This document shows positions 38,338 to 51,600 of a DNA stretch of 64,000 nt, piece by piece. Each line of letters opens with the position of its first letter. Position 1 is the stretch's first letter. The position numbers and the translations under genes were made by a program. Origin of the DNA: Eledone cirrhosa. Lineage: Eukaryota. The DNA lies in contig OZ024741.1 of NCBI GenBank assembly GCA_964016885.1, forward strand, positions 412,920,001-412,984,000. Reading direction: 5' to 3'. The notes beneath the pieces were generated by a model. It searched no databases, was not told the origin of the DNA, and saw only the letters and a list, made by a program, of their open reading frames with translations.

Positions 38338-39264
38338 TCTCTATATATAAAACTGTGGTTGTCTGTCTGTCTATTGATTTTTGGTACACATCTCCTCTTA
38401 GAATCTCTCACGGAATTGCACCGAAATTGCTATACTTGTACATTGAGCCCTAGCTAAGACATCGAAAAAAAAAAAATTTCAAATTCACCCACCCTATGTG
38501 ACGAAATCGAATATAATGTATCGATTTTTGAGCGTAAGTTATCAGTTATTTCCCTTTGTTCTGTTTACATTGAGCGTCTTACGTAAAAAATTACGCTGGC
38601 TTTAACAGTTGTCGAGCCAGCAAAATATTGACCTGCAAAATTCATCAGTTCGAACACGTTTTGCTTCATTTCCATTTAAAAGCATTTTAAAACAATATTT
38701 TTACTTGAAAACAAGTCTATTTAAAGACTACGTAAAACAAGCAAATATTTCGTCGTTAGGCGTGCAGACAGACAGTCGTGCAGAGAGGTGATATACGCGT
38801 GCAGACAGACAGTCGTGCAGAGAGGTGATATAGGCGTGCAGACAGACAGTCGTGCAGAGAGGTGATATAGGCGTGCAGACAGATAGTCGTGCAGAGAGGT
38901 GATATAGGCGTGCAGACAGACAGTCGTGCAGAGAGGTGATATAGGCGTGCAGACAGACATAACTGATAATTTGGTTACGCTAATATTTTTCTCTGCGTTG
39001 CAGTGTTTACATTTTCGATCTTTGTTAATAAATAACCAGTGCAGTTTTTATCCCCAGCATCCTCTTTTGTTATAACATTCGGGTTATCGTTATGTTTTCT
39101 TAACTTCATAAGGCATATTGTTGGTTGAGGGAATATTAATCAAAAACACCACATGCAAGTCTGCACAGTAGACACTACAGTTTTTAAGCCAAAAAAGAAA
39201 CTTAACATTGTAACTTTAACACAGCTACTGAGCGACCCCGAGCAACGCCGGGCTTTACTGCTAG
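38338..39264 (+). mobile_element. Non-autonomous Helitron with internal tandem repeat
   Basis: 5' A|TCTCTATATATAAAA followed by a (GTCT)n run. 3' hairpin CCCG-AGCAACGC-CGGG (39237-39252) lies 8 nt before CTAG|T. Inserted between A and T with no TSD. Confidence 0.88.
38759..38958. repeat. 37-bp tandem repeat, ~5.4 copies, inside the Helitron
   Basis: GGCGTGCAGACAGACAGTCGTGCAGAGAGGTGATATA at 38759, 38796, 38833, 38870, 38907, and partial at 38944. Confidence 0.95.
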
Positions 39265-39677
39265 TATATATATATATAGTAGTTCCAGCTGTACTTCGGT
39301 CCATCAACATAATTACATTGTATTGATTCCAAGGTAGATTAGGATTGTTTCTTTAAATGTTAGCATTTATACCTCCCCTCCATACACACACACTCACATT
39401 CCCCTCCCCCTCACCCCACAACTTTCACACCTCACACCCCACTCTGCCACCCACACACCCGCCTTAATACATAACCCCCACCCAGCATCCCACCTTCACA
39501 CCTCACACCCTCACCTTCACCCCCACCCCACGACACTGTGCCGCCTTAAAACCTCCCACCACCCCACCCACCCCCTCTCCCCTCTCATAGTTTTATACTA
39601 ATTCTATACTAGTATGATTGTATTGTGTGTGTGTATGAGGGTGTGTTGTGTGTGTGAGAGTGCGTGTGTGTGTGTGT

Positions 39678-42600
39678 GAGGTATATGATGTTAGACCAAG
39701 CTAGACTAAGACAGGAGAGAGGAGAGGTATATGATGTTAGACCAAGGTAAACTTAGACAGGAGAGAAGAGACGTATATGATGTTAGATAAAGGTAAACTA
39801 ACACAGGAGAGGTATATGATGTTAGACCAAGGTACACTTAGACAGGAGAGAGGTATAAGATTGTAGACCAAGGTAGACTACGACAGCAGAGAGGTATGAG
39901 ATGTTAGAGCAAGTTAGACTAAGACAGGAAAGAAGAAAGGTATATGATGTTAGACCAAGGTACACGTAGACAGGAGAGAGGTATAAGATTGTAGACCAAG
40001 GTAGACTACGACAGCAGAGAGGTATGAGATGTTAGACCAAGGTAAACTAAGACAGGATAGAAGAAAGGTATATGATGTTAGACCAAGGTACACATAGACA
40101 GGAGAGAGGTATAAGATTGTAGACCAAGGTAGACTACGACAGCAGAGAGGTATGAGATGTTAGAGCAAGTTAGACTAAGACAGGAAAGAAGAGAGGTATA
40201 TGATGTTAGACGAAAGTAAACTAAGACAGGAGAGAAGAGAGGTATATGATGTTAGACCAAGTTAGACTAAGACAGGACAGATGTATATGATATTAGACCA
40301 AGGTAAACTTAGACAGGAGAGAAGAGAGGTATATGATGTTAGACCAAGGTAGACTAAGACGGGAGAGAGGTATATGATGTTAGACCAAGGTAGACTAAGA
40401 TAGGAGAGAGGTATATGATGTTAGACCAAGGTAGACTGAGACACGAGAGAAGAGAGGTATATGATGTTAGACCAAGGTAGATTAAGACAGAAGAGAAGAG
40501 AGATATATGAAGTTAGACCAAGGTAGACTAAGACAGTAGAGAGCTATATGATGTTAGACCAAGGTAGACTTAGACAGGATAGAGGTATAACATGGTAGAC
40601 CAAGTTAGACTAAGACAGAAAAGAGACATAAGATTTTAGATGAAGGTAAACTAAGACAGGAGAGAAGAGAGGTATATGATGTTAGATCAAGTTAGACTAA
40701 GACAGTAGAGAAGAGAGGTATATGATGTTAGACCAAGGTAGACTAAGATAGGAGAGAGGTATAAGATGTTAGACCAAGTTAGACTAAGACAGGAGGTATA
40801 AGATGTTAGTCCAAGGTAGACTAAGACAGGAGGTATAAGATGTTAGTCCAAGGTAGACTAAGACAGGAGGTATAAGATGTTAGTCCAAGGTAGACTAAGA
40901 CAGGAGAGAAGAGAGGTGTAAGATGTTTGATCAAGGTTGACTATGACAGGAGAGAGGTATAAGATGTCAGACCAAGGTAGACTTAGACAAGAGAGGGGTG
41001 TAAGATGTTAGACCAAAGTAAACTAAGACGGGAGAGAAGAGAGGTATATGATGTTAGACCAAGGTAGACTAAGACAGTAGAGAGCTATATGATGTTAGAC
41101 CAAGCTAGACTAAGATAGGAGATAGGTATAAGATGTTAGACCAAGTTAGACTAAGACAGGAGGTATAAGATGTTAGTCCAAAGTAGACTAAGACAGCAGA
41201 GAGGTGTAAGATGTTAGACCAAGGTAAACTAAGACGGGAGAGAGGAGAGGTATATGATGTTAGACCAAGGTAGACTAAGACAGTAGAGAAGAGATGTATA
41301 TGATGTTAGACGAATGTAGACTAAGACAGGAGAGAGCTATATGATGTTAGACCAAGGTAGACTGAGACAGGAGAGAAGAGAGGTATATGATGTTAGACCA
41401 AGGTAGATTAAGACAGAAGAGAAGAGAGATATATGAAGTTAGACCAAGGTAGACTAAGACAGTAGAGAGCTATATGATGTTAGACCAAGGTAGACTTAGA
41501 CAGGATAGAGGTATAAGATGGTAGACCAAGTTAGACTAAGACAGTAGAGAGCTATATGATGTTAGACCAAGGTAGACTTAGACAGGATAGAGGTATAAGA
41601 TGGTAGACCAAGTTAGACTAAGACAGAAAAGAGACATAAGATTTTAGATGAAGGTAAACTAAGACAGGAGAGAAGAGAGGTATATGATGTTAGATCAAGT
41701 TAGACTAAGACAGTAGAGAAGAGAGGTATATGATGTTAGACCAAGGTAGACTAAGACCAGAGAGAGGTATCTGATGTTAGACGAAGGTAGACTTACACAG
41801 GAGAGAGGTATAAGATGGTAGACCAAGGTAAACTTAGACAGGAGAGAGCTATAAGATGTTAGACCAAGGTAGACTAAGACAGAAGAGAAGAGAGGAATAT
41901 GATGTTAAACCAAGGTAAACTTAGACAGGAGAGAAGAGATGTATATGATGTTAGACCAAGGTACAATAGGACAGGAGAGAGCTATATTTTTTAAGACCAA
42001 GTTAGACTAAGATAGGAGAGAGGTATATGATGTTAGACCAAGGTAGACCAAGGCCAGAGAAAGGTATATGATGATAGACGAAGGTAGACTTAGACAGGAG
42101 AGAGGTATAAGAAGGTAGACCAAGGTAAACTTAGACAGGAGAGAGCTATAAGATGTTAGACCAAGGTAGACTAAGACAGAAGAGAAGAGAGGTATATGAT
42201 GTTAGACCAAGGTAGACGAAGACAGGAGAGAAGAGATGTATATGATGATAGACCAAGGTAGAGTAAGACAGGCACAAGCTATATGACGTTAGACCAAGGT
42301 AGACTAAGACAGGAGAGAGCTATATGATGTTAGACCAAGGTAGACTTAGACAGGAGAGAGGTATAAGATGGTAGACGAAGTTAGACTAAGACAGAAGAGA
42401 GATATAAGATGTTAGATCATGGTAAACTAAGACAGGAGACAAGAGAGGTATATGTTAGACCAAGATAGTCTAAGACAGGAGAGAGGAGAGGTATAAGATG
42501 TTAGACCAAGGTAAACTTAGACAGAAGAGAGGTATAAGATGTTAGACCAAGTTAGACTAAGACAGCAGAGAAGAGAGGTATATGATGTTAGACCAAGGTA

Positions 42601-45600
42601 GACTAAGATAGGAGAGAGGTATAAGATGTTAAACCAAGTTAGACTAAGACAGGAGGTATAAGATGGTAGTCCAAGGTAGACTAAGACTGCAGAGAGGTGT
42701 AAGATGTTAGACAAAGGTAAACTAAGATGGGGGAGAAGAGAGGTATATGATGTTAGACCAAGGTAGACTAAGACAGTAGAGAAGAGATGTATATGATGTT
42801 AGACGAATGTAGACTAAGACAGGAGAGAGCTATAAGATGTTAGACCAAGGTAGACTAAGACAGAAGAGAAGAGAGGAATATGATGTTTAACCAAGGTAAA
42901 CTTAGACAGGTGAGAAGAGATGTATATGATGTTAGACCAAAGTACAATAGGACAGGAGAGAGCTATATGATGTTAGACCAAGTTAGACTAAGATAGGAGA
43001 GAGGTATGTGATGTTAGACCAAGGTAGACCAAGACCAGAGAGAGGTATATGATGGTAGACGAAGGTAGACTTAGACAGAGAGAGGTATAAGATGGTAGAC
43101 CAAGGTAAACTTAGACAGGAGAGAGCTATAAGATGTTAGACCAAGGTAGACTTAGACAGAAGCGAAGAGAGGTATATGATGTTAGACCAAGGTAGACGAA
43201 GACAGGAGAGAAGAGATGTATATGATGTTAGACCAATGTAGAGTAAGACAGGTACGAGCTATATGACGTTAGACCAAGGTAGACTAAGACAGGAGAGAGC
43301 TATATGATGTTAGACCAAGGTAGACTTAGACAGGAGAGAGGTATAAGATGGTAGACCAAGTTAGACTAAGACAGAAGAGAGATATAAGATGTTAGACCAA
43401 TGTTGTCTAAGACAGGAGAGAGGAGAGGTATAAGATGTTAGACCAAGGTAAACTTAGACAGGAGAGAGGTATAAGATGTTAGACCAAGTTAGACTAAGAC
43501 AGCAGAGAAGAAAGGTATATGATGTTAGACCAAGGTAGACTAAGATAGGAGAGAGGTATAAGATGTTAGACCAAGTTAGACTAAGACAGGAGGTATAAGA
43601 TGTTAGTCCAAGGTAGACTAAGACAGGAGGTATAAGATGTTAGTCCAAGGTAGACTAAGACAGGAGAGAAGAGAGGTGTAAGATGTTTGATCAAGGTTGA
43701 CTAAGACAGGAGAGAGGTATAAGATGTCAGACCAAGGTAGACTTAGACAAGAGAGGGGTGTAAGATGTTAGACCAAAGTAAACTAAGACGGGAGAGAAGA
43801 GAGGTATATGATGTTAGACCAAGGTAGACTAAGACAGTAGAGAGCTATATGATGTTAGACCAAGCTAGACTAAGATAGGAGAGAGTTATATGATGTTAGA
43901 CCAAGGTAAACTTACACAGGAGGGAAGAGAGGTATATGATGTTAGACCAAGTTAGACTAAGATATGAGACAGGTATAAGATGTTAGACCAAGTTAGACTA
44001 AGACAGGAGGTATAAGATGTTAGTCCAAAGTAGACTAAGACATAAGAGAGGTGTAAGATGTTTGACCAAGGTAAACTAAGACGGGAGAGAGGAGAGGTAT
44101 ATGATGTTAGACCTAGGTAGACTAAGACAGTAGAGAAGCGATATATATGATGTTAGACGAATGTAGACTAAGACAGGAGAGAGCTATATGATGTTAGACC
44201 AAGGTAGACTAAGATAGGAGAGAGGTATATGATGTTAGATAAAGTTAGACCAAGACAGGATAGAGGTATAAGATGTTAGACCAAGTTAGACTAAGATAGG
44301 AAATAGGTATATGATGTTAGACCAAGGTAGACTAAGATAGGAGAGAGGTATATGATGTTAGACAAAGTTAGACTAAGACAGGAGAGAAGAGACGAATATG
44401 ATGTTAGACCAAGGTAAACTAAGACAGTAGAGAGCTATATGATGTTAGACCAAGGTAGACTTAGATAGGAGAGAGGTATAAGATGGTAGACCAAGTTAGA
44501 CTAAGACATAAGAGAGACATAAGACGTTAGATCAAGGTAAATTAAGATATGAGAGAAGAGAGGTATATGATGTGATACCAAGGTAGACTAAGACAGGAGA
44601 GAGGTATAAGATGTTAGACCAAGGTAGACTAAGATAGGAGAGAGGTATATGATGTTAGACCAAGTTAGACAAAGACAGGAGAGAAGAGACGTATATGATG
44701 TTAGACAAAGGTATACTAAGACAGGAGAGAGGTATATGATGTTAGACCAAGGTAGACTTAGACAGGAGCGAGGTATAAGATGTTAGACTAAGTTAGACTA
44801 AGGCAGGAGAGAAGAGAGGTATATGATGTTAGACCAAGGTAGACTAAGACAGGAGAGAAGAGAGGTATATGGTATTAGAGCAAGGTAGACTAAGACAGGA
44901 GAGAAGATGGTATATGATATTAGACCAAGTTAGACTAAGATAGGAGAGATGTATATGATGTTAGACCAAGGTAGAGTAAGAAAAGGCACTAGCTATATGA
45001 CGTTAGACCAAGGTAGACTAAGACAGGAGAGAGCTATATGATGTTAGACCAAGGTAGACTTAGACAGGAGAGAGGTATAAGATGGTAGACCAAGTTAGAC
45101 TAAGACAGAAGAGAGATATAAGATGTTAGATCAAGGTAAACTAAGACAGGAGACAAGAGAGGTATATGATGTTAGACCAAGGAAGTCTAAGACAGGAGAG
45201 AGGAGAGGTATAAGATGTTAGACCAAGGTAAACTTAGACAGGAGAGAGGTATAAGATGTTAGACCAAGTTAGACTAAGACAGGAGGTATAAGATGTTAGT
45301 CCAAGGTAGACTAATACAGCAGAGAGGTGTAAGTTGTTAGACCAAGGTAAACTAAGACGAGAGAGAAGAGAGTTATATGATGTTAGACCAAGGTAGACAA
45401 AGACAGTAGAGAAGAGATGTATATGATGTTACACCAATGTAGACTAAGACTGGAGAGAGCTATATGATGTTAGACCAAGGTAGACTAAGATAGGAGAGAG
45501 GTAGATGATGTTAGACCAAGTTAGACTAAGACAGGAGGTATAAGATGTTAGTCCAAGGTAGAATCAGACAGGAGAGAAGAGAGGTGTAAGATGTTTGATC

Positions 45601-48600
45601 AAGGTTGACTAAGACGGGAGAGAGGTATAAGATGTCAGACCAAGGTGGACTTAGACAAGAGAAAGGTGTAAGGTGTTAGACCAAGGTAAACCAAGACGGG
45701 AGAGAAGAGGTATATGATGTTAGACCAAGGTAGACTAAGATAGGAGATAGGTATAAGATGTTAGACCAAGTTAGACTAAGACAGAAGGTATAAGATGTTA
45801 GTCCAAAGTAGACTAAGACAGCAGAGAGGTGTAAGATGTTAGACCAAGGTAAGCTAAAACGGGAGAGAGGAGAGGTATATGATGCTAGACCAAGGTAGAC
45901 TAAGACAGTAGAGAAGAGATGTATATGAATTTAGACGAAGGTAGACTAAGACAGGAGAGAGCTATATGATCTTAGACCAAGGTAGACTAAGATAGAAGAG
46001 AGGTATATCATGTTAGACAAAGTTTGACTAAGACAGGAGAGTAGAGGTGTATATGATGTTAGACCAATGTAGACTAAGACAGGAGAGAAGTATATGATGT
46101 TAGACAAAGGTAGACCAAGACAGGAGAGAGGTATAAGATGTTAGACCAAGTTAGACTAAGATAGGAGATATGTATATGATGTTAGACCATGGTAGACTAA
46201 GATAGGAGAGAGGTATATGATGTTAGACTAAGACAGGAGAGAAGAGATGTATATGATGTTAGACCAAGGTAGACTAAGACAGTAGAGAGCTATATGATGT
46301 TAGACCAAGGTAGACTTAGACAGAAGAGAGGTATAAGATGGTAGACCAAGTTAGACTAAGACAGAAGAGAGACATAAGATGTTAGATCAAGGTAAACTAA
46401 GACAGCAGAAAAGAGTCGTATATGATGTTAGATCAAGGTAGACTAAGATCGGAGTGAGGTAGGTGATGTTAGACCAAGGTAGACTAAGACAGGAGAGAAG
46501 AGAGGTATATGATGTTAGACCAAGGTAGACTATTACAGAGAGAAGAGAGATATATGATGTTAGACCAAGGTAGACTAAGAAAGCAGAGAAAAGAGGTATA
46601 TGATGTTAGACCAAGGTAGACTTAGGCAGGAGAGAGGTGTCAGATGTTAGACCAAGGTAGACTAAGACAGCAGAGAAGAGAGGAATATGATATTAGACCA
46701 AGGTAAACTTAGACAGGAGAGAAGAGATGTATATGATGTTAGACCAAGGTAGAATAAGACAAGAGACAGCTATATGATATTAGACCAAGTTAGACTAAGA
46801 TCAGATAGAGCTATATGATGTTAGACCAAGGTAGACGAAGACAGGAGAGAAGAGATGTATATGATGTTAGACCAAGGTAAAGTAAGACAGGCGCGAGCGA
46901 TATGATGTTAGAGCAAGGTAGACTAAGACAGGAGAGAGCTATATGATGTTAGATCAAGGTAAACTAAGACAGGAGAGAAGAGAGGTCTATGATGTTAGAC
47001 CAAGGTAGTCTAAGACAGGAGAGAGGAGAGGTATAAGATGTTAGACCAAAGGTAAACTTAGACAGGAGAGAGGAATATGATATTAGACCAAGGTAAACTT
47101 AGACAGGAGAGAAGAGATGTATATGATGTTAGACCAAGGTAGACTAAGACAGTAGAGAAGAGATGTATATGATGTTAGACCAAGGTAGACTAAGACTGGA
47201 GAGAGCTATATGATGTTAGACCAAGGTAGACTAAGATAGGAGAGAGGTATATGATGTTAGACCAAGGTAGACTAAGACATAGGAGAAGAGATGTATATGA
47301 TGTTAGACCAAGGTAGACTAAGTCAGTAGAGAAGAGAGGTATATGATGTTAGACCAAAGTACTACTAATCAGGATAGAGGTATAAGATGTTAGACCAAGG
47401 TCGACTAAGATAGGAGAGAGGTATATGATGTTAGATAAAGTTAGACTAAGACAATAGAGTAGAGACGTATATGATGTTAGACAACGTTAGACTAAGACAG
47501 GATAGAGGTATATGATGTTAAACGAAAGTAGACGTAGACGGGAGAGATGTATAAGATGGTAGACCAAGTTAGACTAAGACAGAAGAGAGGTATAAGATGT
47601 TAGATCAAGGTAAATTAAGACAGGAGAGAAGAGAGATATATGATGTTAGACCAAGGTATAAAAAGATAGGAGAGAGGTATATGATGTTAGACCAAGGTAG
47701 ACTAAGACAGGAGAGAAGATGGTATATGATATTAGACCAAGGTAGACTAAGACAGGAGAGATGTATATGATGTTTGACCAAGGTAGACTTAGACAGGAGA
47801 GAGGTGTAGGATGTTAGACCAAGGTAGACTAAGACAGTAGAGAAGAGATGTATATGATGTTAGACCAAGCTAGACTAAGCCTGGAGAGAGCTATATGATA
47901 TTAGACCAAGTTAGATTAAGATCAGAGATAGGTATATGATAGTAGACCAAGTTAGACTAAGACAGAAGAGAGACATAAGATGTTAGATCAAGGTAGACTA
48001 CGATAGGAGAGAGGTATATGATGTAAACCGAGTTAGACTAAGACAGGAGAGAAGAGACGTATATGATGTTAGACTAAGTTAGACTAAGGCAGGAGAGAAG
48101 AGAGGTATATGATTTTAGACCAATGTTGACTAATACAGGAGAGAAGAGAGGTATATGATGTTAGACCAAGGTAGACTAAGACAGGAGAGAAGATGGTATA
48201 TGATATTAGACCAAGGTAGACTAAGACAGCAGAGAAGAGAGGTATATGATGTTAGACCAAGGTAGACTAAGACAGTAGAGAAGAGATGTATATGACGTTA
48301 GACCAAGGTAGACTAAGACTGGAGAGAGCTATATGATGTTAGACCAAGGTAGACAAAGATAGGAGAGAGGTATATGATGTTAGACTAAGGTAGACTTACA
48401 CAGGAGAGAAGAGAGGTATATGATGTTAGACCAAGGTTGACTAAGACACTAGAGAAGAGAGGTATATGATGTTAGACCACGGTAGACTAAGATAGGAGAG
48501 AGGTATAAGATGTTAGACCAAGTTAGACTAAGACAGGAGGTATAAGATGTTAGTCCAAGGTTGACTAAGACGGGAGAGAGGTATATGATGTTAAACCAAG

Positions 48601-51600
48601 TTAGACTAAGATAGGAGATAGGTATATGATGTTAGACCAAGGTAGACTAAGATAGGTGAGAGATATATGTTGTTAGACAAAGTTAGACTAAGACAGGAGA
48701 GGAGAGACGTATATGATGTTAGACCAAGGTAGACTAAGACAGGAGAGAGTTATTTGATGTTAGACAAAGGTAGACTAAGACAGGAGAGAAGAGAGATATA
48801 TGATGTTAGAGCAAGGTAGAATAAGACAGGAGAGAGCTATATGATATTAGACCAAGTTAGATTAAGATCAGAGATAGGTATATGATAGTAGACCAAGTTA
48901 GACTAAGACAGAAGAGAGACATAAGATGTTAGATCAAGGTAAACTAATACAGGAGAGAAGAGAGGTATATGATATTAGATCAAGGTAGACTAAGACTGGA
49001 GAGAGGTATATGATGTTAGACCAAGGTAGACTAAGATAGGAGAGAGGTAGCTGATGTTAGACCAAGTTAGACTAAGACAGGAGGTATAAGATGTTAGTCC
49101 AAGGTAGACTAAGACAGGAGCGAGGTGTAAGATGTTAGACCAAGGTAAACTAAGACAGGAGAGAGGAGAGGTATATGATGTTAGACCAAGGTAGACTAAG
49201 ACAGTAGAGAAGAGAGGTATATGATCTTAGACCAAGGTAGACTAAGACAGGAGAGAAGAGAGGTATATGATGTTAGACCAAGGTAGACTAAGACAGGAGA
49301 GAGGTATAAGATGTTAGACCAAGGGAGACTAAGATAGGAGAGAGGTATATGATGTTAGACAAACTTAGACTAAGACAGGAGAGTAGCGACGTATATGATG
49401 TTAGACCAAGCTAGACTAAGACAGGAGAGAGGTCTATGATGTTAGACAAAGTTAGACCAAGACAGGAGAGAGGTATGAGATGGTAGACCAAGTTAGACTA
49501 AGACAGAAGAGAGACATGAGATGTTAGATCAAGGTAAACTAAGACAGGAGAAAAGAGAGATATATGATGTGAGACCAAGGTAGGCTAAGACAGCAGAGAA
49601 AAGAGGTATATGATGTTAGACCAAGGTAGACTATTACAGAGAGAAGAGAGATATATGATGTGAGACCAAGGTAGACTAAGACAGCAGAGAAAAGAGGTAT
49701 ATGATGTTAGACCAAGGTAGACTTAGACAGGAGAGAGGTGTCAGATATTAGACCAATGTAGACTAAGATCAGAGATAGGTATATGATGTTAGACCAAGTT
49801 AGACTAAGACAGAAGAGAAGAGAGGTATATGATGTAAGACCAAGGTAGACGAAGACAGGAGAGAAGAGATGTATATGATGTTAGACCAAGGTAGAGTAAG
49901 ACAGGCGCGAGCTATATGACGTTAGACCAAGGTAGACTAAGACAGGAGAGAGCTATATGATGTTAGACCAAGGTAGACTTAGACAGGAGAGAGGTATAAT
50001 ATGGTAGACCAAGTTAGACTAAGACAGCAGAGAAGAGAGGTATATGATGTTAAACCAAGGTAGACTAAGATAGGAGAGAGATATAAGATGTTAGACCAAG
50101 TTAGACTAAGACAGGAGGTATAAGATGTTAGTCCAAGGTAGACTAAGACAGCAGAGAGGTGTAAGTTGTTAGACCAAGGTAAACTAAGACGGGAGACAAG
50201 AGAGGTATATGATGTTAGATCAAGGTAGAGAAGAGATGTATATGATGTTGGACCAAGGTAGACTAAGACCGGAGATAGGTATATGATATTAGACCAAGGT
50301 AGACTTAGACAGGAGAGAGGTATAAGATGTTAGACCAAGGTAAACTTAGAGAGGAGAGAGGTTTAAGATGTTAGACGAAGTTAGACTAAGACAGGAGAGA
50401 AGAGAGGTATATTATGTTAGACCAAGGTAGACTAAGATAGGAGAGAGGTATAAGATGTTCAACCAAGTTAGACTGAGACAGGATGTATAAGATGTTAGAC
50501 AAGGTAGACTAAGACAGGAGAGAAGAGAGGCGTAAGATGTTAGATGAAGGTTGACTAAGACAGGAGAGAGGTATAAGATATTAGACCAAGGTAGACTTAG
50601 ACAGGAGAGAGGTGTAAGATGTTAAACCAAGGTAAACTAAGATAGGAGAGGGGTATATGATGTTAGACAAAGTTAGACTAAGACAGGAGAGAAGAGACGT
50701 ATATGGTGTTAGACCAAGGTAGACTAAGACAAGAGAGAGGTATATGATATTAGACAAAGGTAGACTAAGACAGGAGAGAGGTATATGATGTTAGACCATG
50801 GTAGACTTAGACAGAAGAGAAGAGAGATATATGATGTTAGACCAAGGTAGACTAAGACAGAAGAGAGACATAAGATGTTAGATCAAGGTAAACTAAGATA
50901 GGAGAGAAGAGAGGTATATGATTTTAGATCAAGGTAGACTAAGACAGTAGAGAAGAGAGGTATATGAGGTTAGACCAAGGTAGACTAAGACCGGAGAGAG
51001 GTATATGATATTAGACCAAGGTAGACTAAGACAGGAGAGAGGTGTAAGATGTTAGACCAAGGTAGACTAAGACAGGAGAGGAGAGAGCTATATGATCTTA
51101 GACCAGGTTAGACTAAGAAAGTAGAGAAGAGATGTATATGACGTTAGACCAAGCTAGATGAAGACTGGAGAGAGCTATATGATGTTAGACCAAGGTAGAC
51201 TAAGCCAAGAGAGAAGAGAGGTTTTTGATATTAGACCAAGGTAGACTAACACAGGAGAGAAGAGAGCTATATGATGTTAGACCAAGCTAGACCAAGACTG
51301 GAGAGAGCTATATGATGTTAGACCATTGTAGACTAAGACAGGAGAGAGCTATATGATGTTAGACCAAGTTAGACTAAGACAGGTCAGAAGAGACGTATAT
51401 TATGTTAGACAAAGGTACACTAAGACAGGAGAGAGGTATAAGATGTTAGACCAAGGTAGACTAAGACAGGAGAGAGCTATATGATGTTAGACCAAGTTAG
51501 ACTAAGACAGGTGAGAAGAGACGTATATGATATTAGACAAAGGTAGACTAAGACAGGAGAGAGGTATATGATGTTAGACCAAGGTAGACTAAGACAGGAG

